Positions 1 through 13,900 of a stretch of 64,000 nucleotides of DNA are shown in pieces; the first letter of the stretch is position 1, and each line of letters opens with the position of its first letter. The notes under the pieces were generated by a model that was not told where the DNA came from, did no database searches, and saw only the letters and a list, made by a program, of their open reading frames with translations. The DNA comes from Leucoraja erinacea (taxonomy: Eukaryota), in NCBI RefSeq assembly GCF_028641065.1, contig NC_073400.1:29636001-29700000 (forward strand). Direction: 5' to 3'. The position numbers were made by a program, and so were the translations under genes.

Positions 1-1579
1 CACATTATTTGGTCTTGGTTTAATGAAAGCCAGCCATGTTTGCAAAATTACTTGTTTATCAATAAAGCAGTCTCTGAATTCTCGTGATTTAAAAAAAAAA
101 GGAAACGTGGTATAAACTATTTTGTGGAAAAATTCACCACACTCATGAGATTTTTTTTTTTAAACTGTCATCACTTCTGCACAGTACTTTCTAAAACTAT
201 TGCAGACATGGGGAAACCTGAACTTCCTCACTGTCTGCATTTATTTCATCATTTGGGGGTTGTAGTGTTGCTGACAAGGCATGTGCGTATCGCCCATTCC
301 TTACTGCCCTCGTTGAAGTGGCTGTTAGCTGCCTCGTTGAACCATTGCTATCCTGGCAAAGGTTCCATCACAATTGGGGAGTGTGTTCCAGACTCAGACA
401 CAGCCAACAATATATTTTGAAATCAATATGGTGCGTGACTGGAACTGATGAGTTGGAAGCATGACTTGATGACTCAGAGCATAAGAAATAGAAGCAGGGG
501 TTAGTCATTCAATGCTCAATCTTGCTTTAACACTAATGGCACTTACATAAACTAGGGTACTGTCAAATTCACCTCTACCCCATTGTAGACATTGGACTTC
601 CTATATGGAACTGATGTGTTACTATGCTGAGAACTATATTCTGCACTCTGTATTTATGCTTAAAGATACCTCACGGAAACAGGCCCTTCGGCCCTCCGAG
701 TCTGGACTGACCAGTGATCACCCATTCTATCTTGCACAATTCTCTCCTACGCACCAATTTACAGAAACCAATTAACCTACAAGCCTGCATGTATTTGGAA
801 TGTGGGAGGATACCTGAGCAAACTGAGAAAACCCATGCGGTCATAGGGCGAACATACAAACTCTATGCAGACAGCACCCATTGTAATCCCAAAGACGTGC
901 GAGTTTGTAAGTTGAAGATAGATATAAAGTGTTGGAGTAACTCAATGAGTCGGGCAACATCTCTCAGAGATTCTCTGGAGTGAAAGGTTGGGAGACGTTT
1001 CAAATTGGGCCCATTCTTCAAACGGGGTGTGAAGGGTCCAGAACTGAAACGTCACCCATCCTTTTTCACCAGAAATGATGTATAACCATTGAGTTACTCC
1101 AGCACCTCACATCTATCTTCAGTATGAACCAGCATCTGCGATTCCTTTCTACACAGGTTTTTAAGTTAAGTAGCTTCTGAAAATTGCCCTTAGTGTGGAT
1201 GGAACTAGTATACGGCTGATCGCTGGTCAGTATGGACTCAGTGGGTCGACAGGCTCATTTCCACACTGCATCTCTAAACTAGGCTTCACGGCTACCACTG
1301 CTGATGTTGCTTTTGTATTCCTGGAATTTAATGAACAATTGTCCAGTTGCTTTGCTAGATTTCATCTTCCATTCACAAATCATTGTTCCAGGTCAACATG
1401 TATCCAATTCAGCAATGTAATTACTCTGATACAGTACGCACTTTTAAACAGTAACTGAGCAATGGGGATCATGGGCGACTGACAATAGTGTTGAACCAGC
1501 CAGCTTCCACCTGGTCCTTCCAGGTGGTGGTATCAGTTGGACCGAGCTACACTTGAAGAAGCTCAGACCAACTTAAGGA

Positions 1580-2410
1580 CAAAGGACATTTATTGCCACA
1601 TTCGCCATTTCTGGCGTAATAAAATTTGAGTTGCCATTTGCAGCACACCAATAAAAGTAAGACACCATATTAAAAAGAATTGAACATACAACATAAAAAC
1701 ATCCCTCCACAATGGTTTCCACTGTGAGGGAAGGCACAAAGTCCAGTTCTCTTCCCCTTGTTCACCCGTGGTCGGGCCTATTGAGGCCTCCGCAGTAGCC
1801 GCAACGACGGTCCGATGTTACAGGCCCTCTCGCCGGATGATGGGGCTTCGGCGTCGGGAGAACACTCTTCAGCGGCTTGGAGCGTCTGGAACTGGAGCTT
1901 GCTGCCAGAGACCACGGCTCCCGAAGTCCACAGGCCTCGCTGGTCGGAGCTCCGACACTGGCGATCTCGGCGAGAGCTCCCATGCTCCGCGGTGTTTCAA
2001 GTCAGCGCCACCTGCAGCTGTAATCTCTGCAATGACAACTCTGCGATGTTGGCAGTTGGCGGTCTCAGCACTCCGGAGCCCATCGCACGGCGACCCAGGC
2101 AAGGCATCGCCCGCTCCGCGATGGCGTTCCAGCGCTGTGCCACCGCAGCCGAAGCCCTGTCCGGTCCCGGCAGGAAACGCCGCTCCAGTCCCATTGATAG
2201 GCCGCGAGGAAGGGGTGAAGATACAGCCCGCAGGAAAGCCGCATCTCCGACCAGGGACTGAGAGAAAATAGTGTCCCCCGCCTCCCCCCCCCCCCGCCAC
2301 ATAAAAAGGTTAGACCTCCAAACGAACTTTTAACATTCTAAAAATTTTTTAAAAGGGTGAAAGGACCGACAGCTGCAGGCAGGTCTGCCATCCTCGACTG
2401 CGCCCCCTCG
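1580..2410 (-). mobile_element. CpG-rich retroposon-like element
   Basis: Shares ccactgtg.gggaaggcac..gtccag..gggcctattgaggc.ccgca and cggcgacccag..aaggca.cgcccgctccgcga blocks with 51912..52890. Confidence 0.6.
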
Positions 2411-4027
2411 ATGCCTTATGAAATTATGATAGGGGTTGAGAGAGGAAAATAGATCAGCCATGATTCAATGGCGGAATAGACTTGATGGGCCAAATGACCT
2501 ATTTCTGCTCATATGTCTTAGGGTCAATGGCTATAGCACCAAATGTGGTCTTCATTGTAAGTCCTATCAAAGTTACCGTGCGAGTCCCGAAGTTACAACA
2601 GAGTTCTATTACTGAGACCCATTGTAAGAAAGGAAAGAAAAGGTTGAGAGGGAATATAATAAAAAGGATGGTACACAAAAAATCTGGAGAAACTCAGCGG
2701 GTGCAGCAGCATCTATGGAGCGAAGGAAATAGGCAACGTAATAAAAAGGATGTTGGTGTATACCAAAGGTAAACACAAAATGCTGCAGTAACTCAGTGGG
2801 ACATGCCGTATCTCCAGAGAAAATGGATATGTGACCGTTCAGGTTGGGACAGAATCCTAGAATCATACAGCATTGAAACAGGCCCTTTGGCCCAACTTGC
2901 CCATGAAAACCAACATGTCTCGTCTAGGCTAGTCCCACCTGCCTGTGTTTGGCCCATATTCCGCAAGACCTACCTTAGCCATGTACCAGTCCAAATGATC
3001 CTTCCCCAGGCTGATTGTGGAGGGAGAGGGGACCTGCAACCAAGAAAAGACCAGGATAAACTAGGGCTAGCAATAGATATCTGAACAAGGTTTAGAGGGA
3101 TACGAGCCAAATGTGGGCAAATGGGACTAGGTTAGATGGGGCATCTTGGTCAGCATGGGCAAGTTGGGTCAAAGGCCCTGTGCTATATGACTCAATAGGA
3201 GTAAGCCAAACTGCTTGTAAGTCTGAAATGAACAGGAAGTGCGTGGGAGAGAAGCACATAAATAGCTACAGTATGACGGGAAAGTTCACAGGGGCGGGGT
3301 GAGCGGCCACCAGCTGGCTTCACTGAGTCCTTAGACTTTTAGACTTTAGAGAAACAACGCGGAAACTGGCCCTTTGGCCCATCGACTCCATGCTGACTAG
3401 CAAGCAGGAGTGTTATCCTACACACGAGGGACAACTTACTATTTTTACCGAAGCCAATTAACCTACAAACCTGTACATTTTTGGAGTGTGGGAGGAAACC
3501 GGAGCACCCGGAGAAAATTGCCGTGTTAAACTATTCTCCTCTGTCTGCACATGATCTATAGCCATTCGTTCCCTGCAGATCCATGTGCCTCTTAAAAGCC
3601 ATTCTTGTGTCTGTCTCCACCACCACTTCTGGCAGTGCATTCAAAGCACCCAACACACTCTGTGGAAAAAGTTGTCCCGCACATCGCCTTTGAATTTTCT
3701 CCCCCCTCACCTTAAAGCTCTTCCCACTAGTCCTTGAAATCTCTACCCTGGGCAAAAAGGTTCTAACCGTCTACCGTATTTCGGCCACTCACAACTATAT
3801 ATACTGTAGTTCTATCAAGGTGGCACAGTGGTAGAGTTGCTGCCTTACAGTGCCGGGTTCAATGCCGTATGTATTTTCCATATGGAGTTGGTACATTCTC
3901 CCCGTGACTGCGTGAGATTTCACCGGGTGCTCCAGTTTCCTTTCACACTCCAAAGACGTGCAGGTTTGTAGGTGAATTGGCTTTGGTAAAATTATAAATT
4001 GTCCCGCATGTGTGTAGGATAGTGTTA

Positions 4028-4240
4028 TGCCCTTGTCCCACTTAGGAAACCTGAACGGAAACCTCTGGAGACTTTGCGCCCCACCCAAGGTTTCCTTGCG
4101 GTTCCCGGAGGCTGCAGGTGGTTGCTGGAGGTTGCAGGTAGGGAGACTGACAAAAACCTCCGGGAACCTCACGGAAACCTTGGGTGGGGCGCAAAGTCTC
4201 CAGAGGTTTCATTTCAGGTTTCCTAAGTGGGACAGGGGCA
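4028..4240. mobile_element. Palindromic MITE (possibly PIF/Harbinger-like) inserted in a SINE
   Basis: About 68-bp TIRs TGCCCTTGTCCCACTTAGGAAACCTGAA...TTCAGGTTTCCTAAGTGGGACAGGGGCA. Confidence 0.8.
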
Positions 4241-4773
4241 CAAGTATATGGGGATCGCTAGTCGGCGCGGACTGGGTGGGCCGAAGGGCCTGTTTCAGTA
4301 CTGTATCTGTAAAGTATCTCTAAAGTAAAGCATAGTAAAGGTCTCCTCTCAGCCTCCAGCAAACCAGTTATAAAAGACCCAGCCTATCCAGCCATCCTCA
4401 CATCTCGGCCCATCCACAATAAATAATCCCAAGAATGATAATGAGTTTAGATGTAAATTTGTTCGGCAATTTTTTCAGCAGAGCTCATCATACCAAATGC
4501 ATTATGCAGGATTTGAAGCATTTAATAGGGATTGCAACAGCTATAAGATTTTTAACTCTACTTGCAACAGTCTTTTCATCACGAACAATCACACAGTGGA
4601 TTCAATTCTTCCAACAAGGCTCAGAAAGCAAACAATTAGGCTTTCACAGGGGCCTGGGCATTGTACAATGGATGCCTTGGTACTCATTTATGGGGATAAA
4701 TCTGAGGCTATCAAAACAAGAAGTTGCACTTTCTATTCTCCATTTGAGTTGAGGTCATGGTCTTGCAAGTGTG

Positions 4774-4789
4774 GAGGGGAAGTGGAAGT
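4774..4789 (+). promoter_or_regulatory. Tandem ETS/PU.1-like sites upstream of gene 1
   Basis: GAGGGGAAGTGGAAGT about 80-90 nt before the ATG; motif match only. Confidence 0.4.
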
Positions 4790-4866
4790 TTACACACAGC
4801 TGCACAGAAGTAGGACCTCAGACGAAAGAGCTGCTTTTAAAGTGGAGTTAACAAGAGTAATTAAAA

Positions 4867-4906
4867 ATGGGTCTTACTCTTCTCCTGTCCGTTGTTTTTC
4901 TCTCAG
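4867..4906 (+). CDS. Gene 1 exon 1, signal peptide MGLTLLLSVVFLS
   Basis: aaaATGG start, hydrophobic run, CAG|GTAAG phase-1 donor at 4907; joins the IgV exon in frame (G|TG = Val). Confidence 0.82.
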
Positions 4907-7900
4907 GTAAGAAAACCATTGCCTTGCTTGGATTTTTTTTAAGTGTTGGAAATTTGGATTTGGATCTGTCTGACCAAGGATCTATTGGAATTGCTCGCAA
5001 CATTCGGTTCATCGGTACAAAATATCCTTCAACTGCCCTTCAGCATGGAATTTTCTTTTAAATTCATAAAGTTTCATTTTTAACTCTCAGAGAAATGTAA
5101 TTGTGTGTGTCGGAAGGAACCTCGGATGCTGGTTTACGCAGAAGATAGACACAAACTGCTGGAGTAACTCAGCGGGACAGGCAGCATTTCTGGGTTGAAG
5201 GAATGGATGACATTTTGGGTTGAGACCTATCAGGGAGAGCATAATTGTGAGAATAAAGGTTTTTTTTTAAAACGTCAATTTTTGTGCAAAGTTTGGAGAA
5301 TCATGGGAGAAAAAAAAAACAAACATGTTTAAATGTAGTTTAAAAGCTTTCATTTCCTGTAATGGAAAATTAAGAAATTTAAAACTGGATTGAAAAATAC
5401 AGATTTTTGTTGGGATTTGAAGAGGCTTTTAGATAGGTGCAAGGGGATGAAAGGAATGGAATGGAGGCTAGACACAAAAAGTTGCAGTAACTCAGCGGGA
5501 CAGGCAGCATCTCTGGGGAAAAGGAATAGGTGATGTTTTGGGTCGAATGAAAGATATGCAAAAATGTAACAATGATCATAGCTTTCATATATTTCATTTA
5601 TTTGTTCTCTATCTCTCTATATCAACATCTATATCTCTCGTTTCCCTTTCCTCTGACTCTCAGTCTGAAGAACGGTCTCAACCCAAAACTTCACCTATTC
5701 ATTTTTTCCAGAAAGGCTGCCTGACCCGTCAAGTTACTCCAGCCTCTTTTGTCTATCTTTGATTTAAACTGGCATCTGCAGTTCCTTCCTACACATATAA
5801 TATCCTGGCATCATGATCAGCACAGACATTGTGGGCTGAAGGGCCTGTCCCTATACGGCTCTTTTCCATGTTCTACATTAGCTAACCGCGTTATCTTTTA
5901 ACATTAATATTAACCATAGTACAACTACAGCAGCCAGTCATTATCCATATAAAGTGGTAGTCTAATATGGTGACCTGTTTCTGGCATTGCTGACCAGTAG
6001 TAATGAGCCCCTGCATGAATGCAATGAGGTTTAATTGAAGCAACTTTGTACACTCTTGTTTTGATCGGGGAATTTTTGTTCGATTGCATCTGTCAAAACC
6101 ATTCACGAGCCGATTAGTTTAAAGAATTTATAAATAATTCTGCTGAGCTGAATTACATGAAATGAAATTGCTTAATTATTACCGACAGGCCAAACTTGTT
6201 CAGGATTTGGGTTTAGTTCTAGTGTAGATATACAACGTGAAAACAGGCCCTTCGGCATCATGTTCAGCACAGACATTGTGGGCCGAAGGGCCTGTTCTTG
6301 AACTGCACTGTTCTTCATGCTGTGTTCTATTAAAATGCCGTTGAAAAATTATTTATTGGTTATGAAACACTTTGAAACAACTTTGAACAATGAATGGCAC
6401 TGTATGTGTGATCGTTCTTCTGTTAATATTGTAATTTCCAAATAGAATTTCTCTGAGTTCAACCTATTTAGTCAGACAGAATCAATCAACGTATTTTTTC
6501 ATGATAGAATTGTGCTAAAAGACAGAAAGAGGAAGAGATGAGATGGCAGATCTCAGAGGTGAATTTAAATTATTTGTTGGATTCATAGAATCCCTAAATC
6601 TCCTAGGGTTTAGTTTAGTTTCTTAATGTCACGTGTACCGAAGTACAGTGAAAAGCTTTTGTGCTGCATGCTATCCAGTCAGCAAAAAGACTATACAAGG
6701 TTACAATCAAACCATCCAGTGTACAGATATGGGATAAAGGGAATAACGTTTAGTGCAAGATAAAGACAGTTCAAAGGTCTCCAATGCAGTAGATGGGAGT
6801 CAAGACTGCTCGACACCTCCCATCTAGTTGATCTAGTTTTTGATTTACATGGATCCAGTTTTAACTTAAAATGTAATTTCTTGGATTACCCACAGACTTT
6901 GCAAAATGTTCTTAACAGATTAGCTAGGTAATGGACCACAAGTACTGAAGAAACGTCTATGATCACCATTGAAGGTGCCAGGGACAAGATAATGCTAATG
7001 CACGTTTTATATTGAATGGGTAAATGAGGAGGATATTAGTCTGGGAGGAGTCTTCCTGAAGTGGAACGCCAGACTACATAAAAGGACTACTCTTTCTGAT
7101 GTTTCTATATGCCATTCTACACTGGTCACCCTGAATTGACAATGCAATGGGACATTTTTAAAGAATGACTCACACAAGTCAGTAGAGGGTGCACATTTTG
7201 TACGCTTCCATTTTCTCTGGGGTATTTAGTGTCATTTGGTTCAATGGTTGTTGAGGCAGGGACTATCTCAATGTTTAAGGAACAATTGGACAGGTAATTG
7301 GATAGGACAGGTTTAGAGGGAGATGGGCCAAACACAGGCAAGTGGGACAAGTGTAGATGGGGCATGCTGGTCAACATGGGGCAAGTTGGGCCGAAGGGCC
7401 TGCTTCCACACCGTATGACCCTATGGTTCTTTACTGAAAGTGAGATCATGTCCATTTGCATTTGAAAACAAATGGACCTAAAAACTTTGCAACTATAATC
7501 ACTTCCATTAAGATTGTATTTTCAGCAAAACCATACATTTAGTTTTAGTTTCAGAGATACAGCATGGACACAAGCCCTTCAGCCCACTGAGTCCGTGGCG
7601 ACCATTGATTACCCATTCACACTAGTTCTATGTTATCCCACTTTCTCACCCATTCCCTACGCACTAGGGGGCAACCTATGGTGGCCAATAAACCTACAAA
7701 TCACAAGGTCACAGGGAGAAAATGCAAACTAGAACATCAAACTGTCTGCAATTTGGTTTTGGACAGAAATGCAGAAGTAATCAATTGTTAGTCAAACAGT
7801 CAGACCAGGTGCAAGGTAAGAGAGGCTAAGATGACCTGGAAGCAAGCCCTTCAGCCCAACCTGTCCCTGCTAACCCTCATTTCTTTAATGAATGAATGAT

Positions 7901-10900
7901 ACTTTATTGCCACTTGTACCTAGGTATAGTCAATTGCTTTGTTTTTCTGGAGAACATGGACAGGTGATGCTTTGGCTCAAGTCTGAAGGGTCCCGATCCA
8001 AACATCACATATCCATGTTCTCCAGAAATGCTGCCTGACCCATCGAGTTTCTCCAAGGCAGTACACCATGTGTAGAGCACCACAGCCTAGACTGTACTCC
8101 ACGTGTACAACACCACAGCCTAGGCTGTACTCCACATGTACGACACCACAGCCTACAGCCAATACTGTACCCCACCATTGATCGCCAACTCGCTGGTCAC
8201 CAGCCGCCTGCCACTGCGGACTGGGAGAGTCTGTGTTCCACGTGTACATGGAGTGTGTGACGTTGCAGCCCCTGTTCCATTACCTGAAGGGGCTGCTCCT
8301 CGTCTTCTGCCTGCACTTCATCCCCACCATCCTCGTCTTTGGTTAGGGGAGAGGGTAGGAGGGCCGAAGATGTCCTGGTTGGGTTGCTCCTAGGCCTGGC
8401 CAAGCTGGCCATCCGCAAATCACAGCGACAGGCAGGAGGGGTGCTCTGCCCGAGCCGGCTGCCTGATCCTTTTGTGGGGTTACGTCCACGCCCGGGTAGT
8501 ACTAGAGAGGGACGACACGCTGTCCACGGGTGCCCTGGGGGATTCCCAGGACCGCTGGGCACTGTGTGGGGTGGAATGTATCCTCAATAAGGATACGAAA
8601 ATAGTGATTTCATATTGAAGAATATTTACTTTATTTTGTGTTACGGCAGTGGGTTGTTTGTATTTTTGTGTGTATTTTGGTAAATAGTTGATTAAAATTA
8701 TTTGTGGTTTAAAAAGAAAACATGTGTCACCATCAAAGGAGCTCATTAGCGCCCAACAGTAGCAGCGTTCCCCTCTTGTACATTTGATGCATGTTTTTGA
8801 CCTCTCAGTGACACACGCCGACATCAATGGGCCGAGCGTGGCAACTGGAATCGTGGGAGGCGTAGTGGAAATCACATGCGAATTCAACAAGCACTTCAGC
8901 AGCGAACAGAAGTACTGGTGCAAAGGATACTATCGACGAAGCTGCGTGATTTTAGTTCAAACGCAGGGCCTTGTGAGGAAAAGCAGAGATGGCAGAATAA
9001 CGATAACAGCTGATAATAACAAAGGAGAACTTAAAATCCGAATGGAGGGACTAACAAACGCCGACAAGGGCTGGTATTGGTGTGGAATAGAAAGGTACCA
9101 CCTTCTGGACCCATTATATCCTGTGGAGCTTAATGTTCGTGAAGGTAAGATGTAGATTTGTGTTCATATAATGCAATTTGTCTCTATATTTTTGTTCAAC
9201 TAAGCATATGGTTGGACACTAAACTGAACATGGAACATTAATATAGAAAAGAATATAGATGCTAGTTTCTCCCCAAACAAAGATACAAATTGCTGAAGTA
9301 ACTCCATGGGTCAGCCAGCATAGTCAAGGAGTCATAGAGTCATAACAGTGTGGAAACAGGCCCTTCAGCCCAACTGACCCATGTCCCATCCATACTAGTC
9401 CCACTTGCTTGTGTTTTGCCAAAATCCCTCTAAACCCGTCCTACACATGTCCAATTGCTTCTTAAACGTAGCGATAGTACCTGCCTCAACTACCTCCTCC
9501 AGCAACTCATTCCATAAACCCATCCGCCTTTGTGTGAAAAAGGTGCCCCTCAGAATCCTAACAAAGCTCTCCCCCTTCATTTTAAACTTATGCCCTCTCT
9601 GGAGATCTCTGGAGAACATGAATAGGTGATGTTTCGGGTAGGGTTGCCAACTTTCTCATTCCCAAATGAGGGACAAATCCCCAATGGCAATTTGTTGACC
9701 GACTGGGCCGTGGCTGGGTGAATGATGAGTTGGCCCGGGTGCTGCACTGCACACAAAGCCCGGCCGGTGGGCCAGCTGAGGAGTTTTGGCCCGGGCTGCG
9801 TGCCTTCGCGCGCAAAGTCCGGCACTCCGTCCAACTCATGAACCGATGATCGGCCGTGAGAAGGAGGGGTGGTGGTGACGGGGCGGTAAGCCAAGTTCGG
9901 AAGGTCGGACAGCTGGCCAGGCTGCCGACCAACGGGGCCACGGGCGAGGCACTGCTGCTGCACTCCATGGACTGCACTACGTCTGGACGGGTGAGACAGG
10001 GCCGGACGCCCCGACCCGACAATCCGCCCGACCCGAGAAGTAACAGTCAAATATGGGACAAGGGTGGTCCTGTACGGGACAAACCAATTTATCCCAATAT
10101 ACGGGATGTCCCGGCTAATACGGGACAGTTGGCAACCCTAGTTTCAGGTCAAGTCTGAATAAGGGACCCAACCCGAAACATCACATGTCCATGTTCTCCA
10201 GAGATGCTGCCTGACCCATTGAGTTACTCCAGCACTTTGAGTCTTTTTTTCAGTGTGATTCATACTTTTGGTTTTAAAATTTGGATGAAAGGTGGGGTTT
10301 TCTTGTACCTCATCTCCCGACCTCCCAAAGCCTTTCCACCATTTACAACACATAGATCACCCATGATATAATGGTGGAGTAGACTTGATGGGCCGACTGG
10401 CCTAATCCTGCTAATATAACTTATGAACATGAGCAGACAAGGCAGTAACATAATGGAATCATCTGCACTTGCCCGCAAGAACGCAGCTTGAATCTGGCCC
10501 GGCTCACCTGCTGCAGATTGAGGACCCACAGAAACCCACCTGGAGAATCAAAGGACACTGTTTATGAAGCCACCTTGTTAATAGATTAACAAAGACATTA
10601 GGAGAGAAAGAAAACAATTAAAAGATCAAGGTCTGACCTGCAGTTCACTGATTTCTTTGCCACTCCGTTTGTTTTCTCTCTCTACCTTCACTTGTTAATT
10701 TATTAGGATGTTCTTTCTGTTTGTGTTGCATTATAACAGTAAATCCACAACTCAATGTTGGTGAAATAGTGAAAGATAAAATTATGTTTTCATACATTTT
10801 ACCAGCTCAAGCGCTACTTCCTTCGGACAAAGAAAGACTAAGGTAAACATCAAATATATTTTTCTCATTCTGCACAAAAAATAACAAATGGACTATATTG

Positions 10901-13900
10901 CGCTAAATATTGAAAGAAGGATATCAATAGTATGGTCAAAGAATCTTGGAGTTGTACAGCATAGAAACAGGCCCTTTAACCAAACATGTCTATCCTGACC
11001 ATCGTACCTGTGTACCTATACACTTCACTGTATTAATTCCAAATAGCTTGGGATGGCAGGGCGGCAAAGCGGTAGAGTTGCTGCCTTACAGTGTCAGAGA
11101 CTCGGGTTCGATCCTGATTAGAGGTGCTGTCTGATCGGAGTTTATACATTCTCCCTGTTACCTGCGTGAGTTTCCTCAGGGATCTCTGGTTTCCTCCCAC
11201 ATTCCAAAGACGGCAGGTTGGTTGGTTAATTGGTTAATCCTGTATGCATTGTAAATTGTTCCTAGTGTTAGGATACTTAGAAACATAGAAAATAGATGCA
11301 GGAGTAGGCCATTCGGCCCTTCGAGCCTGCACCGCCATTCAATATGGTCATGGCTGATCATCCACCTCAGTATCCTGTACCTGCCTTCTCTACATACCCC
11401 CTGATACCTTTAGCCACAAGGGCCACATCTAACTCCCTCTTAAATATAGTTGCTAGTGTATGGGAGTCGCTGACTCAGTGGGCCGAAAGGCCTGTTTGTG
11501 CTGTATTTCTGAACTAAATTTCAATGTCTTGCTCATTCAAATATTCATTTAGTTACCTTGTAGTATTCCTGCCTCCAGTACACACTCTGGCAGCTTATTC
11601 CAGATACCAACTACTCTCCAAGTTATTCACCTTTACACCTCCTCCCTCTCACCTTAAAAATATTCCCTCTAGTTTTTGACACCTCCACCATGAGAAACAG
11701 ACTGTGGCTCTCTACAATACTGGGCCTCTCATTATTTCATATATCTCTCTATCTTGTCAGCCTCCTTTGCCAGGGAAAACAGACAACTTATCCAATTTCC
11801 TCCCATCACTCGTGCCTTCTAGTCCAGGCCACAGTTGAAGCAGTTCAAAGAACTTAATAGAATAAAGGGTTGTCTTCGTTAAGAAAATTTTGGTCTGGTC
11901 CAGAATTGCATATCCACTGAACCTCAGAAGACTGAAAGGTAACTTAATGAAAAAGTGGCACATCCTTAAATCTGGAGATGGGGAGACTGCTCCCTCTTGT
12001 GGGAATAGTCTAGAATTTGGAGTCCATGTTTAAAAACAAGGGGCGTTCATTTAAGACTGAGATGAGAGGAAGTTATTTTCTCTCAGATCCTATTAAGTCT
12101 TCGGAACGTTCTTCCATGGAAGTGGAAGTGGAACCTATGACTATATTTTCGGAAGAACGGTCTGATGAGCAAGGGTGTGAAAGGTTATAGGGGGACTGTT
12201 GGGGTAACGATCTTGATCGATTGATTGAAACATGCAGCAGATACAAGCACACTGGGTCCATGCCGGCCATCGATCAGCTATTCACTCTAGTTCTATGTTA
12301 TCACATTTCCACATCCACGTCCTACACACTAGAAGCAATTTACGGAGACCAATTAACCTACGAATCCACACGACTTTGGGATGCGGGCATTCTTTTTAGA
12401 TATGATAGTCGCATTTAACAGGCTTTTAAATAGGGACATGGAATGGCAGGGAATCACGTGCAGGCAGATGAGATCCGTTTAACCTGGCATCATGTTCGGC
12501 ACATACATATTGTGGGCCGAAGGGTCTCTACTGGTACTGTACTGTTCTTTGTTCCATGACGCCGGAGCACCCAAAGGAAACCCACGTGGTCTCAGGCAGA
12601 ACGTGCAAACTCCACACAGACAGCGGCTGAGGTCAGGAGCTTATTAAAGGGCAGACAGAGCAGGTTTGGGGAGCTGAGTAGAACATTGTTCCTGATTTTT
12701 GAGCGAGTAAATATTTTTAAGATTTCCTTTCCCATCAGAGAGATGGTTCCCCTGGTGTCGGCTGTATCTATACTGACAGAGAGCAGTAGAATGAAGACCA
12801 TTGAAGGCCCAGCATTAATTCTGATCCCACCACATAGCTCACAACCACCTCTTATGGGATGCGAGATCTTAAACTATAAGACTATAGGACATGGCTGATT
12901 TATGTTTCCCCCTCAACCCCATCCTCTTGCCTTCTCCCCCTTTGACGCCCTTATTAATCAAGAACCTATCAATCTTCGCGTTAAAAACACCCAGTGACTT
13001 GGTCTCCACTGCTGTCTGTGCCAATGAATTCCACTGATTCACCATCCTCGGGCTAAAGAAATTCCTCCTCATCTGCTTTCCAAAGGTACGACCTTTTCTT
13101 CTGGGGCTGTGTTCTCTGTCCCAAGACTTTCCAACTACTGGAGACACCCTCTCCATATACGTATCCTGTACAACCACAGGGTTCCCCAAATCCCACCCAC
13201 ATCTCCCTCACTCTTGTGGAAACCCTTCTACACAGAGCAATTTTTTCGGCAACTGCTGGCATCATTGACTGTAATAGGTCACCGAAAAATTTGCGGTGTG
13301 ATGACGTATTGATGCGCGGTGTTTTTTCAAGTGTCGCAACATTTTTTTTGTTGCCGCTGGATTTCGAAATGTTCAAAATCTTTTGGCGACACTGATATGA
13401 CGCCGGCAGTCGCCGAAAGAATCGCCAAGTGGGACAGGCCCAGAAGCCACAGGCAGTATGAGCAAGCCCAGGCCCAGGCCCACTCTGTTCCCTTCAGACA
13501 GCTCACTCTGCCACCTTGACTGATTCTAAAAATCGTTTTCACACCTTACCCTTCCATATCTCTACGTCTCCCTCTCCCCTGATTCTCAGCCTGAAGAAGG
13601 GTCTCGACCTGAAACGTCACCCATTACTTCTCTCCAGAGATGCTGCCTGTTTCTCAGGCATATTGTGTCTCTCTTCAGTGTGAATCAGCATCCGCAGTTC
13701 CTATATACATAACAGTAAAAAAATGGAATTATGTTAGATAAATCAAAATATTGATAAACAATTGATCAATAAATAAAAATAATATAAATTAAAGACATCA
13801 ATTAATTAATTAAAGTGGGAAACATAGGATTTTTGCATATCTATCTCGTAAGAACACAATGCTGAACTGAATAGGGTCATTCTAAAGTGGCACGGTGGCG

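Noticed and set aside
1762-2302. Overlapping GC-rich ORFs (also 31880..32655, 36646..37847, 52088..52748)
   Set aside because: Stop-poor GC-rich repeat sequence open in several frames, with no recognisable domain.
8059-8156. Short periodic repeats as a CRISPR array
   Set aside because: Eukaryotic DNA; head-to-tail minisatellite with no unique spacers.
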